A stretch of DNA of 64,000 bases from Candidatus Latescibacterota bacterium. Lineage in GTDB: Bacteria; Latescibacterota; UBA2968; UBA8231. The stretch is taken from NCBI GenBank assembly GCA_965243025.1, contig CBDETY010000003.1, forward strand, positions 6,712,185-6,776,184, written 5' to 3'. A program made the position numbers and the translations under genes. The notes beneath the pieces are model-generated. The model was not told where the DNA came from. It ran no database searches and worked only from the letters and a program-made list of their open reading frames with translations. Of the stretch, positions 41,401 to 51,599 are shown in pieces; positions within the stretch are counted from its first letter, which is position 1; every line of letters starts with the position of its first letter.

Positions 41401-42813
41401 ATGTCGAAGAATCTGTTCGAGAAGGTCTGGGACCTGCACGAGGTGCGGCGGCTCCCCTCGGGGCAGTCGCAGCTGTTCATCGGCCTTCACCTGATCCACG
41501 AGGTGACCAGCCCCCAGGCCTTCGAGATGCTGCGCGAACGCGGCCTGGAGGTGCTGCATCCGGAGCGCACCTTCGCCACCGTCGATCACATCATCCCGAC
41601 CGACGGGCGCGGGCGCCCGTTCGCCGACGGGCTGGCCGAAGAAATGATGGCGGCCCTCGAGGAGAACGCGCGGGAGTTCGCCGTTCCCCTGTTCGACATG
41701 AACGACCGCCGCCAGGGGATCGTGCACGTGATCGGCCCCGAGCTGGGGCTGACGCAGCCGGGGATGACCATCGCCTGCGGCGACAGCCACACCTCGACCC
41801 ACGGGGCCTTCGGGTCGATCGCCTTCGGCATTGGAACCAGCCAGGTGCGCGACGTGCTGGCGAGCCAGTGCCTGGCGCTGGCGCGCCCGCGGGTGCGCCG
41901 CATCGAGATCAACGGCAGGCTCGGTGAAGGGGTGTACGCCAAGGACGCCATACTTCACATCATCGGCGAGCTGGGAGTGAAGGGTGGGACAGGCTTCGCC
42001 TACGAGTACGGGGGCGAGGTGTTCGACGCCATGTCGATGGAAGAGCGCATGACGGTATGCAACATGTCGATCGAGGGGGGAGCCCGCTGCGGCTACGTCA
42101 ACCCGGACCGGACGACGTTCGACTATGTCAGGGGGCGGCCGTACGCGCCGCCGGAAAGCGCCTTCGACAGGGCCTCGCAATGGTGGCGTTCCCTGGCCTC
42201 CTCCGCTGGCGCCAGCTACGACGACCGCGTGGAATTCGACGGCGGAGCCATCGCCCCGACGGTGACCTGGGGAATCACCCCCGGCCAGTCGGCAGCCGTC
42301 GACGGGGACATTCCGCCGCTGGCATCCTTTCCCGAGTCGGAACGGGCGAGCGTGCGGGAAGCGCTGGACTTCATGGAGTTCGAGGAAGGGGACAGGATCG
42401 CCGGCACGGCCATTGACGTCGCCTTCATAGGTTCGTGCACCAACTCGCGAATCTCCGACCTGCGGGAGGCGGCGAAGGTCGCCAGGGGGCGCAGGGTCAG
42501 GAGCAACGTCAAGGCGCTCGTGGTGCCGGGGTCCCGCGAGGTTCGCGAGGCCGCCCAGGCAGAGGGCCTCCACGAAATATTCCGCGAAGCGGGGTTCGAG
42601 TGGCGGGAGGCGGGCTGCTCGATGTGCCTGGCCATGAACCCCGACAAGCTGCAGGGGCGCCAGGTCTGCGCCTCGTCGAGCAACCGCAACTTCAAGGGCC
42701 GGCAGGGGAGCCCCACCGGTCGGACGCTGCTGATGAGCCCGGCCATGGTGGCGGCCGCCGCGATCGAAGGGGCGGTGACCGACGTGCGCCCCATGCTCGG
42801 GCAGGGAGAATGA
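41401..42813 (+). CDS. leuC: 3-isopropylmalate dehydratase large subunit
   Basis: [33 protein letters not shown]. Confidence 0.98.
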   Translation: MSKNLFEKVWDLHEVRRLPSGQSQLFIGLHLIHEVTSPQAFEMLRERGLEVLHPERTFATVDHIIPTDGRGRPFADGLAEEMMAALEENAREFAVPLFDMNDRRQGIVHVIGPELGLTQPGMTIACGDSHTSTHGAFGSIAFGIGTSQVRDVLASQCLALARPRVRRIEINGRLGEGVYAKDAILHIIGELGVKGGTGFAYEYGGEVFDAMSMEERMTVCNMSIEGGARCGYVNPDRTTFDYVRGRPYAPPESAFDRASQWWRSLASSAGASYDDRVEFDGGAIAPTVTWGITPGQSAAVDGDIPPLASFPESERASVREALDFMEFEEGDRIAGTAIDVAFIGSCTNSRISDLREAAKVARGRRVRSNVKALVVPGSREVREAAQAEGLHEIFREAGFEWREAGCSMCLAMNPDKLQGRQVCASSSNRNFKGRQGSPTGRTLLMSPAMVAAAAIEGAVTDVRPMLGQGE

Positions 42814-43412
42814 AAATGGAGGTATCCGCTTCCAGCGTCCGCGCGATTTCGGGCAGAGCCGTGGTAGTGCGCGGCACCGATATCGATACCGACCGCATCA
42901 TACCCGCCCGCTACCTGCGCACGGTGACCTTCGACAACCTCGGGGAGCACGCCTTCGAGGACGAGCGCCGCGCCGGCAGCCACCCGTTCGACGACCCCCG
43001 CTGCCAGGGTGCCGGCATCCTCGTGGTCAACAAGAACTTCGGCTGCGGCTCATCCCGGGAGCACGCCCCGCAGGCGCTGGCGCGCTGGGGCATCCGGGGG
43101 TTCGTAGGGGAATCGTTCGCCGAGATCTTCTTCGGCAACTGCGTCGCCATGGGGTTGCCCTGCATGACCGCTTCGGAAGCGGACGTGGCGCGGCTCATGC
43201 AGGCGGTGGAGGAGAATCCCTCCCTGGAGCTGAAAATCGATGTCGAGGCGCAGACCGTGGACGTCGCCTCCGATTCCATAACGGCGACCCTCCCCGATGG
43301 ACCGCGCGGGCAGCTGGTGACAGGGACGTGGGATGCCCTTGGGCAGCTGCTCGAGGCTGCCGACGAGATCGAGAGCACGGCGGGGAAGCTCCCGTACGTG
43401 GCGGGGTTCTGA
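42810..43412 (+). CDS. leuD: 3-isopropylmalate dehydratase small subunit
   Basis: [29 protein letters not shown] overlap with leuC. Confidence 0.97.
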   Translation: MKMEVSASSVRAISGRAVVVRGTDIDTDRIIPARYLRTVTFDNLGEHAFEDERRAGSHPFDDPRCQGAGILVVNKNFGCGSSREHAPQALARWGIRGFVGESFAEIFFGNCVAMGLPCMTASEADVARLMQAVEENPSLELKIDVEAQTVDVASDSITATLPDGPRGQLVTGTWDALGQLLEAADEIESTAGKLPYVAGF

Positions 43413-43424
43413 GGAAGGGCAGGT

Positions 43425-43685
43425 ATGGGATACGTGAAAATGAACGGGCGGAAGATCATCAACCCGGTCTCCCGGGTGCTGGTCATGGCCGCGGCCGCCC
43501 TGATTCTCGCTTTCGTTGCCGCGGCGATCGTCAGCGCCGTCCTGATCAATGTCGGGATCGCCCTGGCGGCGGCGCTGATCGCCGCCGCCGTGATCCTCGT
43601 GGTCGGCCCCGTGGTCGGGGGGCTGTTCTGGCTTTCGAATCGAATCGAAAAATCATCCAGATCGAAATCGAAAAAGGAGAGGTGA
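43425..43685 (+). CDS. small hydrophobic membrane protein
   Basis: 86 aa, long Ala/Val/Ile/Leu stretch with basic ends, RBS upstream, GTGA overlap with leuB. Confidence 0.65.
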   Translation: MGYVKMNGRKIINPVSRVLVMAAAALILAFVAAAIVSAVLINVGIALAAALIAAAVILVVGPVVGGLFWLSNRIEKSSRSKSKKER

Positions 43686-44761
43686 GATTGTACAGGATTG
43701 CCGTTCTGCCGGGTGACGGGACCGGCCCCGAGGTTGTTGCCGAGGGTCTGAAGGCCCTCGGCGCGGTGGCCGCGAAGGTCGGGTTCGCGTACGAGACAGT
43801 AGAGTTCGATTTCGGGGGGGACCGCTATCTCGCGACCGGCGAGGTGCTCCCGGATTCCGCAGTCGACGAGCTGCGGAAGTTCGACGCCATCTACCTCGGC
43901 GCCATCGGCCACCCGGATGTGAAACCGGGCATCCTGGAAAAGGGGATTCTGCTGCGGCTGCGGTTCGAGCTCGACCAGTACATCAACCTGCGCCCGGTGA
44001 AGCTCTACCCGAACGTGCCGACCCCGCTGAGGGACAAGGGGCCGGAGGATATCGACTTCGTGGTGGTGCGCGAGAACACCGAGGGGATTTACACCGGGGC
44101 AGGCGGCTTCCACAAGAAAGGCACCCCCGACGAGATCGCCGTGCAGGAGTCGATCAACACCCGCAAGGGAGTCGAGCGCTGCCTGCGCTACGCCTTCGAG
44201 TTCACGCGGCGGCGCGACCGGGAGAAGACGCTGACCCTGTGCGGAAAGACGAACGTCCTGACTTTCGCCTTCGATCTGTGGGAGCGCGCATTCCACGAGG
44301 TGGGGGGGAGCGATTTTCCGGAGATCCGGCGCGACTACGCCCACGTCGACGCCATCTGCATGTGGATGGTCAAGAATCCGGAGTGGTTCGACGTCATCGT
44401 CACCGACAACATCTTCGGCGACATCATCACCGACCTCGGCGCGATGATCCAGGGGGGCATGGGGATCGCCGCGGGGGGCAACATCAACCCGGAGGGGGTG
44501 TCGATGTTCGAGCCGATCGGCGGATCGGCCCCCAAGTACACGGGACAGAACGCTATCAACCCGATGGCGGCCATCGCCGCCTGCCAGCTGATGGTCGCCA
44601 CCCTCGGCGAGCGGGAAGGCGCCGAGCTGCTCGAGGCGGCGATCGTCTCGACCCTGCAGCAGCTCAAGGGAATGGGGGCCGGAGAGATGGGATACTCGAC
44701 CGCGGAGGTCGGGGACCTCGTCGCCCGGGCGGTTGCGGACGGGGCCCCGGGAGGGGTGTGA
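43682..44761 (+). CDS. leuB: 3-isopropylmalate dehydrogenase
   Basis: IAVLPGDGTGPEV, NLRP, RENTEG, DNIFGDIITD, FEPIGGSAP, AGGAG RBS before GTG 43682. Confidence 0.93.
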   Translation: MRLYRIAVLPGDGTGPEVVAEGLKALGAVAAKVGFAYETVEFDFGGDRYLATGEVLPDSAVDELRKFDAIYLGAIGHPDVKPGILEKGILLRLRFELDQYINLRPVKLYPNVPTPLRDKGPEDIDFVVVRENTEGIYTGAGGFHKKGTPDEIAVQESINTRKGVERCLRYAFEFTRRRDREKTLTLCGKTNVLTFAFDLWERAFHEVGGSDFPEIRRDYAHVDAICMWMVKNPEWFDVIVTDNIFGDIITDLGAMIQGGMGIAAGGNINPEGVSMFEPIGGSAPKYTGQNAINPMAAIAACQLMVATLGEREGAELLEAAIVSTLQQLKGMGAGEMGYSTAEVGDLVARAVADGAPGGV

Positions 44762-46366
44762 ATGAGCGATACGATCGAAGTCTACGACGCCACCCTGCGG
44801 GACGGGGCCCAGGCCGAGGGGATCGCCTATTCCCTGGAGGACAAGCTCCTGATCGCCCGCCGCCTCGACCGGATCGGGGTCCACTACATCGAGGGGGGCT
44901 GGCCGAACCCGACCAACCCGAAGGATCTGGCGTTTTTCCGCGAGGTGAAGAAGCTCGGTCTCCGGGCCCGCGTCACCGCCTTCGGCAGCACCCGCCGGGC
45001 GGGAGTGCCGCCCGAAGAGGACGCGACCCTCAACACGCTGCTGCAGGCGGAGACCGGCTCCGTCTGCATCTTCGGGAAAAGCTGGACTCTGCACGTCACC
45101 GAAGCTCTCAAGACGACCCCGGAAGAGAACCTCGAGCTGATCGAGGACTCGGTGGGGTATCTCGCCGCCCACGGCCGCGAGGTGATCTACGACGCCGAAC
45201 ATTTTTTCGACGGCTTCTGCGAGGACTCCGGATACGCCCTCGAAACCCTGCGCGCCGCGGCCCGAGGCGGGGCCCGCCTGCTGGTCCTGTGCGACACCAA
45301 CGGCGGCCGGCTGCCCAGCGAGGTCAGCCGCGTCTTCGCGGCGACACGCGACGCGGTTTCCCTTCCCCTCGGCATCCACACCCACAACGACTCCGGCATG
45401 GCCGAAGCCAACACCGTCGCCGCCGCCGAGCTGGGAGCGGTCCAGGTGCAGGGGACTTTCAACGGCTACGGGGAACGCTGCGGCAACGCCAACCTGTGCA
45501 CGGTGATCCCGACCCTCGAGCTCAAGCTCGGCAAGCGCCTCGTCGGAAGGGAGAACCTCGCCGAGCTGATGGATTTCTCCCGCTTTCTCAGCGAGATCGC
45601 CAACGTCCATCACGACCACCGCCAGCCCTACGTGGGCGAGAGCGCTTTCGCCCACAAGGGAGGGGTGCACATCGACGCGATGACCAAGAACCCGCGCTGC
45701 TACGAGCACATCGACCCGCGGGCTACGGGGAACGAGCGCCGCTTCCTGGTCTCGGACCAGTCGGGAGGCAGCACCGTGGTCTCCAAGCTCAACAGGTTCT
45801 TCCCCGGGCTCAGCAAGAGGGACCCGGTAGTGGCGCAGGTGTTGGGAGAGGTGAAGCGGCTCGAGCACGACGGCTACCAGTTCGAGGCGGCCGAGGGTTC
45901 GTTCGAGCTGCTGGCGCGGCGGACCATGGGGCTGTACGAGGACCAGTTCCGGCCCCTGAGCTTCCGCACCATCAGCCGCAAGGACGACGGCAGCGACGAG
46001 GTGGCCGAAGCGATCGTAAAGGTTGAAGTGAAAGGTGAGACGGTGCACACCGTGGCCGAAGGGGAGGGCCCGGTCAACGCCCTCGACCGCGCCATGCGCA
46101 AGGCCCTCGAGGGAGCCTGGCCGAGCCTGAGGCGCGTCCATCTCGCCGACTACAAGGTGCGCGTCCTCGACAGCAGCGACGGCACCGCCGCCCGGGTGCG
46201 GGTGCTGATCGAGTCCTCGGACGGGCGCGAAGTCTGGGGCACGGTGGGGGTGTCGGAAAACGTCATCGAAGCGAGCTGGATCGCCCTCAACGACTCCCTG
46301 CACTTCAAGCTCATGAGGGATGCCGTGGCAGCCGCCGGGCTGCTGTCCGGCACCGGAACGGACTGA
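44762..46366 (+). CDS. cimA: citramalate synthase
   Basis: TLRDGAQAEG, IEGGWP, YDAEHFFDG, AHKGGVH, YQFEAAEGSFEL. Confidence 0.92.
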   Translation: MSDTIEVYDATLRDGAQAEGIAYSLEDKLLIARRLDRIGVHYIEGGWPNPTNPKDLAFFREVKKLGLRARVTAFGSTRRAGVPPEEDATLNTLLQAETGSVCIFGKSWTLHVTEALKTTPEENLELIEDSVGYLAAHGREVIYDAEHFFDGFCEDSGYALETLRAAARGGARLLVLCDTNGGRLPSEVSRVFAATRDAVSLPLGIHTHNDSGMAEANTVAAAELGAVQVQGTFNGYGERCGNANLCTVIPTLELKLGKRLVGRENLAELMDFSRFLSEIANVHHDHRQPYVGESAFAHKGGVHIDAMTKNPRCYEHIDPRATGNERRFLVSDQSGGSTVVSKLNRFFPGLSKRDPVVAQVLGEVKRLEHDGYQFEAAEGSFELLARRTMGLYEDQFRPLSFRTISRKDDGSDEVAEAIVKVEVKGETVHTVAEGEGPVNALDRAMRKALEGAWPSLRRVHLADYKVRVLDSSDGTAARVRVLIESSDGREVWGTVGVSENVIEASWIALNDSLHFKLMRDAVAAAGLLSGTGTD

Positions 46367-46369
46367 GCG

Positions 46370-47566
46370 GTGAGAATCCTCGAAGGCGGAGGGGTCGCTT
46401 CCCCGCAGGACTACCTCGCGGCAGGCATCAGGACCGGCGTCAAGGAGTCGGGGGCCAGGGACCTGGCGCTGGTGTACTCGACGCGCCCGGCGAACGCGGC
46501 CGCGGTGTACACCACCAACAAGGTGCAGGGAGCCCCTATCGCCGTCGACCGCGAGCACCTCGCCGACGGCAGGGCGCGCGCCGTCATCCTCAACAGCGGC
46601 AACGCCAACGTCTGCAACGGCGATGCCGGCCTGGAACACGCCAGGCGGATGTGCTCGCTGACCGCATCGGAGCTGGGGCTGGACACGGAAGAGGTGCTGG
46701 TCTGCTCCACCGGGGTGATCGGGGTGCCGCTGCCGATCGAGAAGATCGAGGCCGGCATACCGCGGATCGTCGCGGCGTTGTCGCCTGAAGGTGGGGCCGG
46801 GGCCGCCGAGGCGATCATGACCACCGACACCGTTCCCAAGAGCTGCGCCGTCGAGGTCGAGCTGGAGCAGGCCAGGGCCGTCGTCGGAGCGATGGCCAAG
46901 GGGGCGGCGATGATCGCCCCGGACATGGCGACGATGCTGTCGGTGGTTACCACCGACGCCTCGGTGCCGGGCGGACAACTGCAGGAGCTGCTGTCGCGGG
47001 CGATCCGGCGCACCTTCAACTGCATCACCGTCGACGGCGACATGAGCACCAGCGACACGGTGATCCTGATGGCGAACGGCGCCGCCCCGGGAGAGCTGGG
47101 CGCCCGTGACCGCGAGCGCCTCTACGAGGGGATCGAGCACGTCTGCCGGCGGATGGCCCGGGAGATCGCCCGGGACGCCGAGGGCTCCTCCAAGCTGATC
47201 GCCATTTCGGTGCGCGGGGCCGCGACCGAGGCGGAGGCGAGACAGGTAGGCCTCGCCGTCGCCAACTCGAGCCTGGTGAAGACCGCGGCCTTCGGCAACG
47301 ATCCCAACTGGGGGCGCATCCTCTGCGCAATGGGGTACGCCGGCGTCGACTTCGACCCGGGAAAGGCGCGGGTGTCGCTGTGCGGCACCGGCATTTACGG
47401 AGACGGAGCCGGTCTCGCCTGCGACGAGGCCGAGCTGAGCGCCGCCATGCAGGCGGAGGAGATCGCCATCGACATCGACCTCGGGATGGGCCGGGCGGCC
47501 ACCGAGATCTTCACCTGCGACCTGACCTACGAGTACGTGCGCCTGAACGCGGAGTACACCACCTGA
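46370..47566 (+). CDS. argJ: bifunctional ornithine acetyltransferase/N-acetylglutamate synthase
   Basis: NSGNAN, STGVIG, IMTTDT, PDMATML, CDLTYEYVRLNAEYTT. Confidence 0.97.
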   Translation: MRILEGGGVASPQDYLAAGIRTGVKESGARDLALVYSTRPANAAAVYTTNKVQGAPIAVDREHLADGRARAVILNSGNANVCNGDAGLEHARRMCSLTASELGLDTEEVLVCSTGVIGVPLPIEKIEAGIPRIVAALSPEGGAGAAEAIMTTDTVPKSCAVEVELEQARAVVGAMAKGAAMIAPDMATMLSVVTTDASVPGGQLQELLSRAIRRTFNCITVDGDMSTSDTVILMANGAAPGELGARDRERLYEGIEHVCRRMAREIARDAEGSSKLIAISVRGAATEAEARQVGLAVANSSLVKTAAFGNDPNWGRILCAMGYAGVDFDPGKARVSLCGTGIYGDGAGLACDEAELSAAMQAEEIAIDIDLGMGRAATEIFTCDLTYEYVRLNAEYTT

Positions 47567-48777
47567 TGCCGCTTTCGCGATTCATCGCGCAGGTGCAGCC
47601 CTCGGCGACCATGGCGATATCGGCGAAAGCCGCCGCCATGAAACGGGAGGGGATCGACGTCATCCCGCTTTCGGCGGGGGAGCCGGATTTCGACACCCCG
47701 GAGCACATCAAGGCCGCGGGCATCCGCGCCATCGAGGAAGGGTTCACGAAATACACCTCGCCGCCGTCGGGCATCGTCGAGCTCAAGGAAGCGGTGTGCC
47801 GGAAGTTCAGGGAAGACAACGGCCTCGACTACTCCACCGACCAGGTGATCGTCAACTGCGGCGCCAAGCACTCGCTGTATCTCGCCGTCGCCGCGGTGCT
47901 CAATCCCGGGGACGAGATGATCGTGCCGACACCCTACTGGGTCACCTTCACCGAGCAGCCCAAGCTGGTCGGGGCCGGCCCCGTGGTGGTGCGAACCAGG
48001 CGGGAAGACGGCCTCAAGCTGACCCCGGATGCCTTGCGCTCGGCGATCACCCCGAGGACGCGGATGCTGCTGCTCAACAGTCCGTCGAACCCGAGCGGCT
48101 GCGTCTACACCAGGGAAGAGCTCGAGGAGCTGGCCGCGGTCGCGGTCGAGCACGGCGTCTACGTGCTCAGCGACGAGATCTACGAGAAGCTGGTGTACGA
48201 CGGGGCCGAGCACGTGTCGATCGCCTCTCTCGGCGAGGAGATCAAGAGGCTCACAATCGTCGTCAACGGGGCCTCGAAGGCGTACGCGATGACGGGGTGG
48301 CGGATCGGGTACGCCGCTGCCGAAGCCGAGGTGGTCGCGGCGATGGACAAGGCCCAGAGCCAGACCGTGTCCCACCCGACCTCGATGTCTCAGAAAGCCG
48401 CCCTCGAGGCGCTGACCGGACCTCAGGAGATGGTCGAGACGATGCGCCGGGAGTACGACAGGCGCCGGCGCTACATCACCTCTCGCCTGAACCGTCTGAA
48501 CGGGGTGGAATGTCCCTTGCCGCTCGGGGCTTTCTACGTGTATCCCGACATGTCGAGCTACTTCGGTTCGCGCTGCGAAGGTCCGCAGGGGTCGGGGAGA
48601 ATCGAAGACTGCACGGGCCTGTGCGAATACCTGCTCGAAACCGGAAAAGTCGCATGCGTTCCCGGGGCCGGCTTCGGAACCGGGGAGCATATCCGGCTTT
48701 CCTACGCCACGTCGATGGAGAAGATCGCCGCGGCCATGGACCGGATCGAAGCCGCCCTTTCCCTCCTGCGCAGGTAG
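47566..48777 (+). CDS. class I PLP-dependent (aspartate) aminotransferase
   Basis: GEPDFDTP, NSPSNPSG, SDEIY, SKAYAMTGWRIGY. Confidence 0.93.
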   Translation: MPLSRFIAQVQPSATMAISAKAAAMKREGIDVIPLSAGEPDFDTPEHIKAAGIRAIEEGFTKYTSPPSGIVELKEAVCRKFREDNGLDYSTDQVIVNCGAKHSLYLAVAAVLNPGDEMIVPTPYWVTFTEQPKLVGAGPVVVRTRREDGLKLTPDALRSAITPRTRMLLLNSPSNPSGCVYTREELEELAAVAVEHGVYVLSDEIYEKLVYDGAEHVSIASLGEEIKRLTIVVNGASKAYAMTGWRIGYAAAEAEVVAAMDKAQSQTVSHPTSMSQKAALEALTGPQEMVETMRREYDRRRRYITSRLNRLNGVECPLPLGAFYVYPDMSSYFGSRCEGPQGSGRIEDCTGLCEYLLETGKVACVPGAGFGTGEHIRLSYATSMEKIAAAMDRIEAALSLLRR

Positions 48778-48849
48778 TGCTCAGACGAAAACCGAACACC
48801 GCATCCGTCCCCGGTGTCATTTGTTCAGATAACCGGGAGCCATTATCCG

Positions 48850-49818
48850 ATGAACAACAACAGATCCTTCTATCTCGATTTCGAACGCCCGGTCGTGGAG
48901 CTGGAAAAGCGGCTCGAGGAGATGCAGGCGCAGGCCCGGACCGACGGCCTCGACCTCGGCCGCGAGCTGAAAAACCTCGAACGCTCGCTCGAAAAGCTTC
49001 GCCGTGAGACCTACACCAACCTGACGCGCTGGCAGCGGGTGCAGATGAGCCGCCACCCGCAGCGGCCGTACGCACTGGACTACATCGAGCGGATGCTCGT
49101 CGACTTCGTCGAGCTGCACGGAGACCGGTCCTTCGCCGACGATCCGGCCGTCGTGGGGGGACCGGCCCGGCTCGACGGCGAGCCGATCATGGTTATAGGA
49201 ATCCAGAACGGACGCAACGTCGAGGAGCGCAAGTTCCGCAACTTCGGTATGCCCCACCCCGAGGGCTACCGCAAGGCGCTGCGGCTGATGCAGATGGCGG
49301 CCAAGTTCAGGCGGCCGATCCTCACCCTGGTCGACACCTCGGGAGCTTACCCCGGGATCGAGGCGGAAGAGCGGGGCCAGGCAGAGGCGATCGCCCGCAA
49401 CCTGTTCGAGATGTCCCACCTTCCGGTGCCGATCGTAGTCGCCATCATCGGACAGGCTTTCAGCGGGGGTGCCATAGGGATCACGGTAGGGGACCGCATT
49501 CTGATGCTCGAGCACGCCTGCTATTCCGTCATCGTGCCGGAGAGCTGCTCGACGATTCTTTTCCGCACCCGCGACCGCAAAGAGGAGGCGGCGGAGGCGC
49601 TGAAGCTGTCGGCGGGGGATCTGCTGGAGTACGGAATCGTCGACCGCATCGTTCCCGAGCCTTTCGGCGGCGCCCACCGCGACTACGCGGAGGCGGGGGA
49701 AAACCTCAAGAAGCAGGTGGTGAAGGCGCTGGACGAGATTCGTCACCTGCCGGGCGAGGAGCTGGTAAAAAACCGCGTCGACAAGTTCGGAGCGATGGGG
49801 GAATTTGCCAGCGCCTGA
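48850..49818 (+). CDS. accA: acetyl-CoA carboxylase carboxyltransferase alpha subunit
   Basis: YLDFERP, RHPQRP, NFGMPHPEGYRKALR, AEERGQAEAIA. Confidence 0.97.
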   Translation: MNNNRSFYLDFERPVVELEKRLEEMQAQARTDGLDLGRELKNLERSLEKLRRETYTNLTRWQRVQMSRHPQRPYALDYIERMLVDFVELHGDRSFADDPAVVGGPARLDGEPIMVIGIQNGRNVEERKFRNFGMPHPEGYRKALRLMQMAAKFRRPILTLVDTSGAYPGIEAEERGQAEAIARNLFEMSHLPVPIVVAIIGQAFSGGAIGITVGDRILMLEHACYSVIVPESCSTILFRTRDRKEEAAEALKLSAGDLLEYGIVDRIVPEPFGGAHRDYAEAGENLKKQVVKALDEIRHLPGEELVKNRVDKFGAMGEFASA

Positions 49819-50199
49819 CAGCGCACCTGAAAAAATCAGTACGCAAGCGCTTCGAATCGCAGTTCGGCCTGGGGCCGAACTGCCAGCCGGTCTGGCGGTG
49901 CCAGCGCCTGACAGCGCACCTGAAAAAATCAGTACGCAAGCGCTTCGAATCGCAGTTCGGCCTGGGGCCGAACTGCCAGCCGGTCTGGCAGTGCCAGCGC
50001 CTGACAGCGCACCTGAAAAAATCAGTACGCAAGCGCTTCGAATCGCAGTTCGGCCTGGGGCCGAACTGCCAGCCGGTCTGGCGGTGCCAGCGCCTGACAG
50101 CGCACTTGGAGAAGAATCAGTACGCAAGCGCTTCGGATCGCAGTTCCCCATTCGGGCGAACTGCCAGCCGGCCTCACAGGTACGGGGTCTGACAGCGCA
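49806..50199. repeat. 93-bp tandem repeat: three near-identical units, one degenerate unit and a remnant
   Basis: units start at 49806, 49899, 49992, 50085, and units 1-3 contain the hairpin GCAGTTCGGCC-TGG-GGCCGAACTGC. Confidence 0.95.
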
Positions 50200-50229
50200 A
50201 CTGGCAGAACCCGATCAATCTCGAAAAGG

Positions 50230-50262
50230 AAAAGGCCCCCACCGTCTGGTGAGGGCCTTTTT
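50230..50262. terminator. bidirectional intrinsic terminator
   Basis: AAAAGGCCC-C-CACC-GTCT-GGTG-A-GGGCCTTTTT between convergent transcription units. Confidence 0.85.
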
Positions 50263-50292
50263 CAGTGCTGCTCGCGGCCAGCCGCTGTTTCG

Positions 50293-51132
50293 TCAGCCCC
50301 TGCGGACGCGGTCGAACAGGCGCTCGAGGCGGTCGAAGGCGAGCTTGATCATGTCGTCGTCCCAGTCGCCGTCGATATTGACCTTCAGCACTGCTTTCAG
50401 GGTGTCGAGATAGGCGCGTTGCGCCTCGCTCAGGGTGCGCGAGCCCCCGCTTGACCCGCCGCCCGAGGACTCCTGCCCGCGGGACTGTTGCCCGGATCTC
50501 GAGCTCGATCCGCGCTCGCGATCCCCTCGCTCCCGCTCGCCGCGCTCCCTGTCGGCCCGTGGCGGTGACTGCGCGGGGGGAGCAGCGGACGCTGCCGGGC
50601 TGCCGTTGCCTGCCTCCGCACTCGACGCTTCACCGTCGGAATCGGTGCAGCTGATCAAGTACTTGAAGAACATCTTCATCTTGTTGGCCGAATCGTTCCC
50701 CATCCCCGTCTCCTTGCGGAAGAAGGAGACGATGTCGCGGTCGGCCATCTCCCCGTTCGCCCGGTATTCCTTGAGCAGCTCGGGGTACAGGTCCTCGAGG
50801 ATTTCGTCGACGGCGCCCGCCCGGGTGTCCTGGTTCACCAGTTTCTGCAGGCGGTCAGTGGGCTTCTGGTCGCCGTCTATCAGCTTCATCGCCTCGATGC
50901 CGCGCAGGAAGCGGTGAATCATCGAAGGGGTCCGGATGATGGCGCGAATGTAGTCGCGATCGATTTCGTCGGGAATGCGGCTCTGAAGTCTGGCGAGGAA
51001 TTTCTCGAACTGGGCCTTGGTTATGTAGGGATACCATGGCCGGGAGTCGTTTTTGCCTTCCTGGGAATCAGCGAGGGCCTCTTCGGCCGCGTCCTGTTCC
51101 CTCTCCTCTGAATCGATGTTGGGGTTTTCCAT
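50293..51132 (-). CDS. DUF5343-like (probable winged-helix) protein with low-complexity linker
   Basis: YPYITKAQFEKFL...IPDEIDRDY...KLIDGDQKPT...LYPEL resembles DUF5343, GGAG RBS before ATG 51132. Confidence 0.6.
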   Translation of the reverse strand: MENPNIDSEEREQDAAEEALADSQEGKNDSRPWYPYITKAQFEKFLARLQSRIPDEIDRDYIRAIIRTPSMIHRFLRGIEAMKLIDGDQKPTDRLQKLVNQDTRAGAVDEILEDLYPELLKEYRANGEMADRDIVSFFRKETGMGNDSANKMKMFFKYLISCTDSDGEASSAEAGNGSPAASAAPPAQSPPRADRERGERERGDRERGSSSRSGQQSRGQESSGGGSSGGSRTLSEAQRAYLDTLKAVLKVNIDGDWDDDMIKLAFDRLERLFDRVRRG

Positions 51133-51188
51133 GTGGCGGTTCTCCAAGTTGTGAGATTATCCCGTCCTGCCGGCTCGACACATGACCG

Positions 51189-51539
51189 TCATGGGTGCTC
51201 GGCGGTGACCGCGGTGCCGATTCCCCCCCGCACGTTGAAGTCCCCTGTCACCGCCATGCGTCTGGGCGCGCAAGCGGCAACCAGATCGTCGAGGATCCGG
51301 TTGGTTACCGCTTCGTAGAAGATGCCCTGCTGACGGAAGGATCCGAGGTAGACTTTCAGCGACTTGAGCTCTATGCAGTTGCGATCGGGAACGTAGCTGA
51401 TGCGGATCGTGCCGAAGTCCGGTTGCCCGGTTTTCGGGCAGACGGAAGTGAATTCGGGACAGTCGATCTGTATTGTGTAATCCCGATCGGGCTTGGGGTT
51501 GGGGAAAGTCTCGAGCACCGGATCGGGATGTGAGGCCAT
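51189..51539 (-). CDS. queF: NADPH-dependent preQ0 reductase
   Basis: [29 protein letters not shown]. Confidence 0.96.
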   Translation of the reverse strand: MASHPDPVLETFPNPKPDRDYTIQIDCPEFTSVCPKTGQPDFGTIRISYVPDRNCIELKSLKVYLGSFRQQGIFYEAVTNRILDDLVAACAPRRMAVTGDFNVRGGIGTAVTAEHP

Positions 51540-51599
51540 ATTCGCTTTTTTTCAAACCGTAAAGAAACTAAGGGTCCCGGCAGGGGGGGCAAGGCAGCC

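Noticed and set aside
42911-47140. Very long antisense or alternate-frame ORFs (also 15731..19858, 291..2726, 9933..12773, 34187..36748)
   Set aside because: They shadow well-supported genes, lack recognisable motifs, and are expected from stop-codon scarcity in high-GC DNA.
49806-50199. CRISPR array
   Set aside because: The units are contiguous and nearly identical with no unique spacers, and no cas genes are present in the window.
49805-50413. ORF with 31-aa repeats (and its antisense counterparts)
   Set aside because: By-product of a unit length divisible by 3. It runs through the terminator and into the convergent gene.
51540-51599. preQ1 riboswitch upstream of queF (A-rich tail AAAAAAAGCGAA)
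   Set aside because: No P1 stem or conserved loop precedes the A-tract. The region looks more like a promoter.
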